From: Squalus acanthias
Lineage: Eukaryota
NCBI GenBank assembly: GCA_030390025.1
Contig: CM059432.1
Location: 106,084,001-106,148,000 of the forward strand
Direction of reading: 5' to 3'
Length of the DNA: 64,000 bases
Part shown: positions 25,937 through 38,854 of the stretch, piece by piece
Numbering within the stretch: position 1 is the stretch's first letter
Layout of the letters: each line of letters opens with the position of its first letter
Program-made: the position numbers and the translations under genes
The notes under the pieces: generated by a model
What the model saw: the letters and a program-made list of their open reading frames with translations, nothing else
What the model was told of the DNA's origin: nothing
Database searches by the model: none

Positions 25937-28900
25937 AGGAACATAGGAGTAGGCCGTTGAGCCCCTCGTGCCTGTTCCGCCATTCAATGAGATCATGGCT
26001 GATCTGCGACCTAACTCCATATATGCACCTTTGGCCCATGTCCCTTAATACCCTAAGTTAACAAAAAGCTATCAATCGCCAATTTAAAATTAACAATTGA
26101 TCTAGCATCAATTGCCACTTGCGAAAGAGAGTTCCAAACTTCTACCACCCTTTGTGTGTAGAAGTGTTTCCTGATTTCACTCCTGAAAGGCCTGGCTCTA
26201 ATTTTTAGACTATGCCACCTAGTCCTAGAATCCCCAACCAGCAGAAATAGCTTCTCTCTATCTACCCTATCTGTTCCCCTTAATATCTTGAAAACTTCGA
26301 TCAGATCACCCCTTTACCTTCTAAATTCTAGGGAATACAACCCTAATTTGTGTAATCTCTCCTCGTAACTTAATCCTTGAAGTCCAGGTATCATTTTGGT
26401 AAACCTACGCTGCACTCCCTCCAAGGCCAATATATTTGGGATAGATAGGGTTCTTTGCAGCCAAGAGCGAGAGTCCCGAAGGCTGTGTTGCCTGCCCGGT
26501 GCCAGGGTTAAGGACATCTCCTCTGGGCTGGAGAGAAACTTGGAGTGGGAGGGGGAGGATCCAGTTGTAGTGGTCCATGTTGGTACCAATGACATAGATA
26601 GGACAAGGAAAGAGGTTCTGCTGAGGGAGATTGAGCAGCTAGGGGCCAAATTAAAAAGCAGAACCTCGAGGGTAATAATCTCTGGATTACTACCTGAGCC
26701 ACGAGCAAATTTGGCTAGGGTAAATAAAATCAGGGAGTTGAATGCGTGGCTCAAAGACTGGTGTGGGAAAAATGGGTTTTGCTTCTTGGGACACTGGCAC
26801 CAGTACTGGGGCAGGAGAGAGCTGTTCCGTTGGGACGGACTTCACTTGGCCAGTGCTGGGACTAGTGTCCTGGCAAATCGAATAACTAGGGCTGTGGAGA
26901 GGGCTTTAAACTAATTAGTGGGGGGGAGGTTTCAAGAGAGCAAAAAATAAAAATGACAACAGAGAGGGTCATAGACATAGGTAGCAGTAGGGGAATCACA
27001 AATCAGAGCGTGGCAGGAAGGGACAGAGTGTGTGGAGTAAAAGGTAAACTGGTAAAAAGTGAAAAAGCAGGAACTAAGTGCCACAAAGCATATTTGAAAG
27101 TTCTCTATCTGAATGCACGTAGCATTCGTAACAAAATAGACGAGTTAATGGCACAAATAACTACATATGGTTATGATATTGTGGCCATTACAGAAACATG
27201 GCTGCAGGGTGACAATGCCTGGGAATTAAACATACCAGGTTATTTAACGATCAGGAAGGACAGGCAGGAAGGAAGGGGAGGTGGGGTGGCTATGTTAATA
27301 AAGGAAGGAATCACTGTAATACAGAGTAATGATATTGGGTCAAAAAATCATGATAATGAAACAGTTTGGGTGGAGATAAGGAATAATAAGGGAAAAAAAC
27401 ATTAGTGGGCGTAGTCTATAGGCCTCCGAACAGTTGCAACTCTATTGGACGGAGTATCAATCAGGAAATAGTTGAGGCATGTAATAAGGGAACATCTATA
27501 ATTATGGGGGATTTTAACTATCATATTAATTGGACAAATCAAATGGGGCAGGGCTGCCTTGAGGATGAGTTCATTGAGTGTATTAGGGATGGGTTTCTTG
27601 AGCAGTATGTAACTGAACCGACCAGGGGGCAAGCAACCTTAGATCTGGTCCTGTGTAACGAGACAGGATTAATTAAAAATGTCCTAGTAAAGGATCCCCT
27701 TGGAATGAGTGACCATAACATGGTTGAATTCCATATTCAATTAGAGGGTGAGAAGGTTGGATCTCAAACAAGCGTGCTAAGCTTGAATAAAGGAGACTAT
27801 GAAGGTATGCGAGCGGAATTGAGTAGAGTGGATTGGGAAAATAGATTAAAGGGTAAGACGACACATGATCAGTGGTGTACATTCAAGGAGTTATTTTACA
27901 ACTTCCAAAAAAAATATATTCCACTGAAAAGAAAAGGGTGTAAAAGAAAGGACAGTCATCCGTGGCTAAGTAAAGAAATTAAGGATAGTATTCGACTAAA
28001 AACAAGGGCATATAAGGTAGCGAAATCTAGTGGGAGGACAGAGGATTGGGAAAACTTTAAAAGGCAGCAAAAAATAACAAAAAGATTGATTAAGAAAGGG
28101 AAGATAGATTATGAAAGTAAATTAGCAAAAAATATAAAAACAGATAGTAAGAGTTTTTATAGTTATATAAAAAGAAAAAGGGTGGCTAAAGTAAATGTTG
28201 GTCCCTTAGAGGATGAGACCGGGAAATTAATGGTGGGAAATATGGAGATGGCAAAAACACTGAATGAATATTTTGTATCAGTCTTTACAGTAGAGGACAC
28301 TAAGAATATCCCAACACTGGACAAACAGGGGGCTATAGGGGGAGAGGAGCTAAACACGATCAAAATCACTAAGGAAGTGGTACTCGGTAAAATAATGGGA
28401 CTCAAGGCGGATAAATCACCTGGACCTGATGGCTTACATCCTAGAGTCTTGAAGGAAGTGGCGGTAGGGATTGTAGATGCATTGGTAATAATTTTTCAAA
28501 ACTCCCTGGATTCCGCTAAGGTCCCGGCAGACTGGAAAACTGCTAATGTAACACCCTTATTTAAAAAGGGCAGTAGACAGAAGGCTGGTAACTATAGACC
28601 GGTTAGCCTAACATCTGTGGTAGGTAAAATTTTGGAGTCCATTATTAAGGAAACAGTAACAAGACATTTGGATAATCATAATTTAATAGGACAAAGTCAG
28701 CATGGTTTTACGAAGGGGAAGTCATGTTTGACAAATTTGCTGGAGTTCTTTGAGGAAGTAACATATAGAGTGGATAAAGGGGAACCAGTGGACGTAGTGT
28801 ATTTAGACTTCCAAAAGGCATTTGACAAGGTGCCACACAAAAGATTATTGCTTAAGGTAAAAAATCACGGGATTGGGGGTAATATTCTGGCATGGATAGA

Positions 28901-30338
28901 GGATTGGCTATCTAACAGAAAGCAAAGAGTTGGGATAAATGGTTCATTCTCAGACTGGCAATCAGTAACTAGTGGTGTTCCACAGGGGTCAGTGCTGGGT
29001 CCCCAACTCTTCACAATCTATATTAACGATTTGGAGGAAGGGACCAAGTGTAACATATCAAAATTTGCAGATGATACAAAGATGGGAGGGAAAGTAGTGA
29101 GTGAGGAGGACATAAAAAACCTGCAAGGGGACATAGACAGGCTAAGTAAGTGGGCAGAGATTTGGCAGATGGAATACAGCACTGGAAAGTGTGAGGTGAT
29201 GCACTTTGGCAGGAAAAATCCTAGAGCAATTTATTATCTTAATGGCAAGAAACTGGAGAGTACTGAAGTGCAAAGGGATCTGGGGGTCCTGGTGCACGAA
29301 ACTCAAAAGGTTAGTATGCAGGTACAGCAAGTGATTAAGAAGGCAAATGGAATGTTGGCTTTCATTGCTAGGGGGATAGAATATAAAAATAGGGAGGTAT
29401 TGCTTCAGTTGTACAAGGTATTGGTGAGACCGCACCTGGAATACTGCATACAGTTTTGGTGTCCTTACTTAAGGAAAGACATCCTTGCTCTCGAGGCAGT
29501 GCAAAAAAGGTTCACTCGGTTAATCCCGGAGATGAGGGGGTGGTCATATGAGGAGAGGTTGGGTAGATTGGGACTCTACTCATTGGAGTTCAGAAGAATG
29601 AGAGGCGATCTTATTGAAACATATAAGATTGTGAAGGGGTTGGATCGGGTGGATGCGGGGAGGATGTTCCCGATGACGGGTGAGACGAGAACTAGGGGAC
29701 ATAGTCTTAGAATAAGGGGCTGCTCTTTCAAAACTGAGATGAGGAGGAACTACTTCACTCAGAGGGTGGTAGGTCCATGGAATATGCTGCCACAAAAAGC
29801 TGTAGAAGCTACAACATTAATTAAATTTAAAACAGAAATAGACAGTTTCCTAGAAGTAAAGGGCATTAAGGGTTACGGGGAGCGGGCAGGAATTTGGACA
29901 TGAGTCTAGGTTCGGATCGGTCATGGCCCTGTGGGTAGTGGAGCGGGCCCAGGGACTGTGTAGCCTGATTCTGCTCCTATTTCGTGTGTGCAATTCTGTT
30001 AGATGCAGGAGATGTTTCTGTGATAGATAGTAGATTGGCGGTTAGGATCAGATCAGCCATGATCTTATTGAATGGCGGAGCAGGCTCGATGGGCCGATTG
30101 GCCTACTCCTGCTCCTATTTCTTATGTTCTTATGTTCTTATATATCCTTCCTAAGGTGTGGTGCCCAGAACTGCTCACAGTACTCCAGGTGTGGTCTAAC
30201 CAGGGCTCTGTATAGCTGCAGCATAACTTCTACCCCCTTGTATTGTAGTCCTCTAGATATAAAGGCCAGCATTCCATTAGTCTTTTTAATTATTTTCTGT
30301 ATCGGTTCAAGACATTTTAATGATCTATGTACCTGGAC
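25937..30338 (-). mobile_element. 5'-truncated CR1 (pieces 25937-26435 and 30140-30338) split by a plus-strand CR1
   Basis: LRKDI|LALEGVQRRF peptide continues across the break; ACTT duplicated at the outer junctions. Confidence 0.9.
26436..30139 (+). mobile_element. CR1 LINE, 5'-truncated in ORF1 (SGNH esterase), near-complete ORF2 (APE endonuclease + RT)
   Basis: ORF1 VHVGTND..DGLH; ORF2 YLNARS, ITETW, GDFN, SDH, FADD; one frameshift near 27400; ATATAT duplicated at 26430-26435 and 30140-30145. Confidence 0.96.
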
Positions 30339-31493
30339 ACTTCTTGCAGCACTGCATCCAGGTCCTCCGGGCTTGACTCCTGGCATCGACCTCCATGGCT
30401 ATTTGCTCCCACTGCCTTTTGACTGTGTGTCTCCTGCCCCCTGCGAATACAGGACATCTCTCCTCCTTTCCACCTCCTCCACAAGACCTCCAGTGCAGCA
30501 TCCGAAAACATTGGAGCCCGCTCTCTCGCATGTTGTGCCAATCTTCACTGTTTCCCGGGTCAGATTCACTACCTGCGCGACTCCCAGCACCTGCTCCAGT
30601 CACAATGCATTTCCCCTTTAAGAGGTGCAAGCTAGCTTTAAGCAGTGCAGGCTAGCTTTAAGAAGTACTAGGAAGTTACGATTTTGGGCCCCCTGCTGAT
30701 GCGTGCAGCCAATGAACATCGCAGTTAGCACTGACTGCACGCAGCAATCATGCTAATGAGCAGGCAGCACAAAGATGGCATGCTGCCTGCATTTCAAACA
30801 ACGGGCGCAGGTTAATCGCACATCGTGATCCCTGCGCCCGTTTTCGGGGGCTATCCAATTTAGCCCCCTGTACGTTTAAGTAGTTGCAAAAAGCTCCAAT
30901 TCTGATTCCAAAAGTCAGGATGGAAGCCTTAATAGAAGCAAGGGAATATGGAGGTACAGAAGTGCACACTCACTTCTACACCAACTGGGATGTGACTGCC
31001 AAGGATCATAATACAAGTGTACTCTGTAGCATTACAGTCCCACCTCTTCCTCCAGCCCAACTCAGATCATCAGGAAAAGCAGATGTTTATCTTGTTCTTC
31101 ATCTCCCCACACTTTCCGGCCCTAGCTATATCATGAAGTATCAGAAGCTTCCCTCTCCAATTTTGCTGCCAAAAATGTATTTAAAAAAAAAATTTTTAAT
31201 TCAGAAAAATCCTGCTCCCTTGTTCCTATTGCGTCAAGTAAACAGACAGCAGCGAATCATTCACTAACACTGATAGTAGAATATGCAAACTGATTGAGCA
31301 TCTCCACGCCATAGTGGTAGCCACACAATATGGTAACACAAACTTTTGTCACTCTAGGCACGTGTACCATTCTTTTGCATCTAAAGGGATTCAAATTGGA
31401 TGGATTTTGGGTGCTTTTGAATTAATCTAGTTCAGTTACTTCCAGGATCTGGGCTGTTGGTCTATTTAAATGGTAGAAACCTTTTGAGACCAA

Positions 31494-32417
31494 GGGCGTG
31501 ATCTTGCCAGCCCTGGGGAGGCAGGTATGGAGGCAGGACTGCCGGGAAAATGGCAGAATCTGGGGGCGGGTGCCCATCCCACCCCCAATCCGCCTCCGTG
31601 CTAGGAGGCGGGTAGCTGACCCGCGCCGGGTCCCGTCTCCTGGAGGTGGGAAGGGGATTACAGCCACTTAACTGCCTGTTAACAGGTAGTTAATAGGCAG
31701 TTAAGAGGATTATCCGCATTTTTCAAGCAGAGGCGCGGGCTTCCCGACGTCGGGAAACCCCGCCAGGGTCACCGAGGTGAGTAGTGGGTCTGCGGGGGTC
31801 AGAGGGGTGCAAAAGTGCGCTGTGAAGGTAAGTGATGGGTGCAAGTGTGGAGAGGTAAGTATGTGAGGTGAGTGGAAAGTGATAGAAAATGTTTACTTAC
31901 CTTTGTTTCTTCCTGCAGGCTTCAACAGTTGGGGATGCGGAGAGCCTCGCATCTCACCGGCAGAGATGGCAGATGGCTGCTGCATTCTCCGATGCAACAA
32001 CCATCTAATTTCTGCTAAAGAAAGAGGGTTGATGAGTCTTGAATACAAGGACTCATCAAACTACAGAGAATGTCAAGTGTTTGACAAATGTGAGAAGTCG
32101 CACAACACCAGGTTATAGTCCAACAGCTTTATTTGAAATCACAAGCTTTCGGAGCGCTGCTCCTTTGTCAGGTCTTCACAGAGCTGTCAAACGATAACAA
32201 TTCATCTGTCAAAAATTTTTGACAGATGAAACGTCATACGCTGACTTTCTCTGTAACCGGCTTCCTCTTAATTGGCCTACTAAGCCCACTGGGCAGGCTT
32301 AACAAGGTCAATCAAGGGAAAATAGCGTGGGTTGGCCACAAGTCGATGGAGGCGGGACAACGACCCGACAAGCAGCAGTCCCGTCTCCAACACGCCCCCA
32401 TTGGCAAAATCGCCCCC
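31494..32417. mobile_element. Harbinger-type MITE family B
   Basis: TIRs GGGCGTGATCTTGCCA / GGGGGCGATTTTGCCA, CAA TSD; relatives at 55533 and 62403. Confidence 0.85.
32088..32173 (-). mobile_element. Penelope-like pseudo-LTR fragment with mutated hammerhead core, nested in MITE B
   Basis: Near-identical to 18024-18106 in reverse; core reads CUGACAA; absent from the MITE B copy at 62403. Confidence 0.75.
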
Positions 32418-32982
32418 CAAGTCTGTTAAGGATAGAGTCTGAATGTAGACAGTGGATCTGTGTTACTAGAGTGTAACCTAATCCAGATGGTCAGATATCA
32501 AATCATGACAGAAAAATGCAAGTGGTTTATAAAAGGTGATTTGAATCCAAGAACCAGTTTATCAACTTTAACTTACACTTCGGTATAAGTTATTATAATT
32601 AAAGAGAAAGTTATTTTAATAATTAGAAAATGCATTGGCAGCTTCTACTCTGTTACGATTAGCTGTCCAGTATTCTTTAGTAAGCAGCAAAAGTAACTAG
32701 TATAATTTAAAGAACGATATTACAATCCTCTAAATGTAATCCTTCCATGACTAGATCAACATGTGAGACAGGGCTTTCTGCTCAAGCACTTGACAGCCTT
32801 TGATTTTCTGCCCATTCACTTCAATGGACAGAAACACATGGGCTAGTGAGTGCAGAAGGAGAAAACCCTGACTGTGATCTGTGTCTACAGTACATCGCAT
32901 GATTATTCAATATACAGTAGCTTTTAATTTATGTCCTTGCTTTTAAATATTGACTTTCAACTATACATTGTTATATACTCAC

Positions 32983-33014
32983 AGTAAGGTTGGCTACCAC
33001 TGCTTTGGGATCAT
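32983..33014 (-). CDS. ENPP2: ENPP2 micro-exon (32 nt) (Y)DPKAVVANLT
   Basis: CAG acceptor, GTGAG donor; matches YDPKAIIANLT. Confidence 0.94.
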
Positions 33015-34398
33015 CTGTGAAGAAAGGTAAATGCATTTTTAAAAAAGAGCAGTGAAAGGATCCTAATGGGTTACTGAAAAAACAAGATTTAGGCATACTT
33101 GGTTATATTCACAACTGAACACAAATGTATGGAAAATCCTGCAAGACAATTTTACCTTTGTCCAAATTCTTGATATGTGCTCCCACCATGCAAAGCTCCG
33201 TGATGGAAGCTGGAATTCATAAAAACTACCCTACGATGTCCACTCATATTAATTGCTGAATGGAGACAAGGTAGAATTCTATACCTGCACACTCAAACGT
33301 ATGCAGGGAGCACTGCACTCCACTCTCCGACAGTCAGCAACATTTCTATCAATAGAAATGAGCTGACAGTTGGTCTTTTTGGTCATTGGAACCTGAATAG
33401 CCATACCCTAACGTTTAAAAAGCCACTTGAGCATCAGCAGTTATACTGGAGTCCTGTGCAAGGCAAATGGTGCAGGATCACATTGTTCAGGTTGGCTTAC
33501 TGTTTTGCCAAACTGAACGCTCTGCAGAAATTAGTAGTTTTGTGCTGCACTTTTTTGAGTTTCTGCACATGTGGACTGAGAATCTACAGACCTTTCCGCG
33601 CACTCCCACCATAACTTCGGTGGGAGTGCATGGAAGGGCCACAAATTTGGCTGGGACGCTGTTATGTTGCAACCTAGCCTTAGGTTGGGGATTCTCGATG
33701 ATCTGTTGGCAGTGGAGCCTATGCCCGCTCCAAACAAGGCCATCAGCATACGAGTAGGCGGGGCCAGGGCCTCCCTACATTAGGAATTCCTGCATTATCA
33801 ACCTTCAGAGGGACCAAGCGTAGGGTGAGCAGAAAGACACCTGCCAATTGGTGGAAGTAGGTTCACCTAGGAGTCCAGGGCAGGATTGTGACCCAAACCC
33901 TGAAGAGAAAGGTAATTTAAAAAACAATTTTCAACGTGGCCCTCTTAGAAAGGGGGCTGTGGGGGCACAATGAAGTTCCTTCTCTGGGGAAAGTAGGCAC
34001 CCTACTCGGGAACTGGCAATGTCATCCACAATTTGCAGCTTGTGGCATAGATAAACCTTAATTGCCACAGGCACCTCGCATCAGTATGTAAAACTGAGCA
34101 CCAGCACTGACCCCACAAACTATGGCAGGCCAGTGACAGAGGTCCCGGCCAGGCACATCTCAGAGCTTATTCTGGAACTTTCCCTCCTCCTCTGCAGATT
34201 TTCAGGTAGGGTATTTACCATCCAAAGAGAGGTACACACCCTCAAGAGGCTAGGATCAAGATAAAGGGCAGTACCGCCAGATGGCGGCTTCTCCAATATA
34301 TTAGGAAACCAACTTAATTTTCAAGAAAACTTTCCTACAAAACCCATGATGCTTTTCCACATATAATTCACAATTGGGCCTGAAAACTAGGTGTGCAT

Positions 34399-34545
34399 TA
34401 TGGGTAATTCTGCAAGGTGTGGCTCCCGGAATGGGGCCTTGCTAGTGGCAAACATGGTAGAGGAGATAAGGATCAATTTTGTGATGTGCATTAACCACAA
34501 GCAAGGCTCTATTCCAGGAATATAACCTTGCAAAATTCCCCCTAT
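34399..34545. repeat. old hairpin/MITE remnant
   Basis: About 45-bp imperfect inverted arms (GGGTAATTCTGCAAGG...CCTTGCAAAATTCCCC). Confidence 0.55.
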
Positions 34546-35170
34546 ATAATAGCGCGAACCAAGTATGTGAAAATGTTTAAGTTGGGTAAAATGTCTGTTA
34601 TAAGTCAGAAATTAAAGTATACATTTCATACATAGAAAGTTGAGAACAAAATAAAAAATATATAAAGTTTTACATGATATAATATTTATATTAAGTATGT
34701 TGTCGATTATAGTTCTATCCACACTTGTAGTTTCGTATATTGCTAGTGAGCTCTGCAAACAGTGCAAAACATTCTTATTTTAAACATGAAAATGTTCTAC
34801 TTCCAAACAAACTTTTACTATACTACAGAATATTTCAGACCTATTCCTTTTCTCTTTAGGAGTATATTAAAAAAAACAAGGCTATGCAGCGACACACTTT
34901 GCACCTCATCATTTTCCAGATTTACTGAAAGAAGTTTTGTTTCGACTCCATCCTCCCCAGGTAATCTGACCACTTTTACCGCACATGGCCGCACTGCACA
35001 ATTCCAATTGATGTATCATGGGCTTAGCTAACTTTTGAATCAATTAAAGGCAAAACTGTAATAAGAGTAATTGACAAAACAAGTTTGAAGAATCAGAATT
35101 TCTATACCTAATGCTGGAAATCAAAGATAAATATTAACAAGAAAATCAGACCCATCTACAATTCACTTAC

Positions 35171-35296
35171 ATCTGGCATTGTTACTGTATCTGGAGCGAA
35201 TACGACCCAGAGATCCAGGGAACAAAATGATGTCATCAACAGTAGAGAGGTAGTTACTCAAAAATTCCGTCTTTTCACAGCTTGCATCTTCCATTC
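35171..35296 (-). CDS. ENPP2: ENPP2 exon (126 nt) MEDASCEKTEFLSNYLSTVDDIILFPGSLGRIRSRYSNNAR
   Basis: AAG acceptor, GTAAG donor, phase 1-1. Confidence 0.96.
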
Positions 35297-35589
35297 CTTT
35301 AAGATAAATCAAAAGTACCACTAATTTTACTTTTCTTTTTTAAGTTTAATATGCAATTGCATATCAGGTTCAGTCAGTTTATGCTGCATTCATGCAGTAC
35401 TTCATACATTGATATACCATAGATGCGTGCTGAGTGTATTGCCAAGGTTGTACGTGTTTTACATCAGCGGACTGGAACAGACTGTGACTGTGGCATTGTG
35501 AAGAAGGCCAGTGGATGTCCATTCTGGGCAGGATCATGCACCACTGTGAGGTTTAGGAGCAGGATGTTGCTTCAGTTCTGCTACTGGCC

Positions 35590-36094
35590 TTACTTGCCTT
35601 AGAGACGGTGCAACGAAGGTTCACTAGATTGATCCCTGGGATGAGAGGGTTGTCCTATGAGGAGAGATTGAGCAGACTGGGCCTATACTCACTGGAGTTT
35701 AGAAGAATGAGAGGTGATCTCATTGAAACATACAAGATTCTGAGGGGGATTGATAAGGTAGATGCGGAGAGGTTGTTTCCCCTGGCTGGAGAGTCTAGAA
35801 CTAGGGGGCATAGTCTCAGGATAAGGGGTCGGCCATTTATGAGGAGGAATTTCTTCACTCAGAGGGTTGTGAATCTTTGGAATTCTTTACCCCAGAGGGC
35901 TGTGAATGCTGAGTCTTTGAGCATAATCAAGGCTGAGATGGATAGATTTTTGGACTCTAGGGGAATCAAGGGATATGGGGATAGGGTGGGAAAGTGGAGC
36001 TGAGGTCGAAGATCAGCCATAATCTTATTGAATGGCGGAGCAGGCTCGAAGGGCCATATGGCCTACTCCTGCTCCTAATTATTATGTTCTTATG
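35590..36094 (+). mobile_element. CR1 3' fragment (same subfamily as 7454)
   Basis: ORF 35608..36003 and CR1 3' UTR/tail. Confidence 0.92.
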
Positions 36095-36331
36095 TTGTGG
36101 TTGTTCGGATTGCATCCCCTTTTATTATGGGCAATGGGATGGGGGAAGCCAAGTAGGTCTCCAAAAGCAGAGCCAGGTTGCCTGATATTTCTGCAACACA
36201 TGCAAATTTATTCTTGTAATAAAATTAGCGAGGAACATTTAATACTGAAATTCAGGAACAGAAACGCCCAACTGGAGATTCATTCTACATGTAGAATTCA
36301 ATTAGAGAACCCAAAGACTACTGAAAATATT

Positions 36332-37083
36332 GGGCCAGAAATTCGGGTCTCCACGGGTGAGTACGCGCTGTGTACTCACCCGTAGAACCAACGAAAGTGC
36401 CGGTTTCGCGCATGCGCTGGAAACCGGAACTTCCGTTCCCCTGAAGGAAGGGGTTCAGAGGTCGAACGCGTGCGCCGGAGAGGCAGCGCGTAGACCTCGA
36501 ACTTCGTTTTTTTTCAGGTTTCTCCGTGAGGGTAAGTACGGAGAAGCTGCGCGGAGAAAAAGGAGGCGCAAGGCCTGCTTTTAACAAGGTAAGTGGTGAA
36601 TTAAGTACAATTTAAACATTTTTTCAACAGGTTTATCTTTTTTACATACTTTAAAGAAAGGTAAGTTTATTTTTAGCACCGTTAAAAAGTGTATTTAATT
36701 TTTTCAAAAATTTAAATTTTTGTTTAAAGTAGTTAATTTATGTAATTTATAGTTATTTTAAAAATGTGATTTTTAAAAAAAAAAATATTTGAAATTTTAG
36801 TGAGGTTTTGGGGCCGATCTCTATTCGTAGATTTGACAGGTCTTCCTGTCAAATCTATGAATGAAGATTCCCTGCTCCGATTGGCTCTCCATGGCCCACG
36901 TGATCCCAGGGGACGCTTCGAACTAACTGCGCCCCTGGGATACGCAAGCACTGCGTGCCGGCAGCTGCAGGAGGCCCAGGAGCCGAATTCCACGCGGGTC
37001 CGAAGCACAACGGCAGGCGCGGTATGTAAGTACGCGCGCGATTCTTGCACCCGCGGGAAGCCGGAGAGCCGAATTTCTGGCCC
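36332..37083. mobile_element. Harbinger-type MITE family C, CpG-rich arms with AT-rich centre
   Basis: TIRs GGGCCAGAAATTCGG(G/C)TCTCC, ATT TSD on both sides. Confidence 0.88.
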
Positions 37084-38854
37084 ATTATTTTAACATTCTT
37101 TTTGTACAAAGGCACCTGAACTGGCCTTACATTTAAATTTTCACTTTTTTTTACATAAATCCCCACGTTAACTCATACTTTAGTTATTGTGCAACTATAT
37201 AGGGATAAGCAAATTAAGCTGTTTTTAACCAATATCGTTAAACTGTATAATAGAGCTCACCCTAGCCTTTATAATAGACTCCAATTTACATCAGTGATAT
37301 TTATTCAATAGCTGTAAAATCTTGTAACATTAATTTCATAGTTAACTTAATCTTATAATTTAATTCAGTTTGTTCAGTTCTGGCATTCTCACTAAAATCC
37401 AATTAGCTGAATTACAATTGGCTACTCCTAGTGAAAATGGTCTATCTTAGTTTCATTCCCTGATTTCCTTTTTTTTTGTCTTTCCCTTGCTTCAGGGCTC
37501 CACTGGGAATCAAGCACCTGATAAATTTCATTGGGTTCCCTACTGTTGCTTCATAAGACCTGAATGGGATTGTGGTATTCACCTTGTTAAAATATATTGA
37601 AAAAAGTGATTGATAGGTTGTGGAATTATATGGAATATATTCTCCACTTTTGGAGAAGGTGTTATCTCCAAATGTTCTTGTAAAACTAAATAGCAACAAA
37701 TTAAAATGGTGTCTCACCTTCATTTTTCATTGGATGTCGTCATTAGACTTATCAGAAACCCAGCCAATCTCAATGCACCCGTAATAATATTAATTTCTCA
37801 CACCTCAAGCAGTTTAATAAGCATTTAACAGTATAAATGATAGCCAGCTGTGAAGAATGTAGAACAGTAACAATTTTGCCTCAGAAATCAAAACCCGCTT
37901 CACTGACACAGTTATTGAAATGCTAATTGGTTCTGCATGAGGCAGAAGAAATTGAGCTAAACTTTTAACTTCAGCAGGGCATGAAAGAGGCGATAGCGGA
38001 TCGGCCACCTGATGTTTCCTTTCCATTCACTGAACAGTTGATATATTGTTCTGCCCATTATCCTTTTTGGAGCCATAAGTCATCAATTTTCAAACTGACT
38101 GACAGCAGTCTGCAGTGTCTTAACAATTCTCTAGTCTATATTTTTGTTGCATACTTTCTGTTTTTGTTGACTTAAGCACATTACATCAGTTACCAATAAA
38201 AAATGTTTTCTGCTAATTATAGCACAGTTTTATTTCCTTTACTTTTGGGCAGGGGACATTACCTTAGGATGTAGGATTGGCAGGATTGTGTCAATACTTG
38301 CAGGAGGTCCTTTGCTGCGTTGCAAGGAAGTGCCCGCTGTCACACGTGTAGGGATTGTGATGACACAGAACTGCCAGTTGCACACATGTTACTGCTAGAG
38401 GGCACCTCCTCACCATGCCCACTGATCTGAGCGCACCACAGGTTCTGCATTGTCCCAAAATCCACACACACACCCTACGTTTCCCAAGCTCTCCTTCTCA
38501 AACAGCTGGATAATAGCTTAATCATAATGGGCCAATGATTTATGGTATCTGAATCCGCTACCTGCATCATCATACATCCTCCGATTACATGTCAGCTTTG
38601 GCTTTAAACGCTGTAGGAACGGAAATCTGATCCATGGATAATTGCTACTTGCAGCATATTTTCTCTTTCACCACAGCATATTAGAATGCAATTTATATAA
38701 CCATGTATCTAATATCTTACATACTTGTTAGCGTATCTCTGCATCAATACAGCTATTTTTGCATATGAAAACTTTTCATCATGCGCATACATATTATGTG
38801 CTGTTACTTTACAATGATATTCATGCCTTACATTTTTGCTCTTCCTTAAATCAT

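Larger units (their letters stand above)
24714..30541 (-). pseudogene. Harbinger Myb/SANT-like DNA-binding protein gene, disrupted
   Basis: RERAPMFSDAALEVLVEEVERRRDVL..WEQIA..RTWMQCCKK|FNDLTRVVK reconstructs across the CR1 insertion (with frameshifts); GT-AG introns at 25647-25906 and 25340-25486. Confidence 0.8.
24018..30868. mobile_element. internally deleted PIF/Harbinger DNA transposon with two nested CR1s
   Basis: TIRs GGGCGCGAAATT / GGGGGCTAAATT; 3-bp flanks tct/tgt (or a perfect CTG if both ends are moved in by 1 nt); convergent transposase remnant and Myb/SANT-like gene. Confidence 0.85.
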
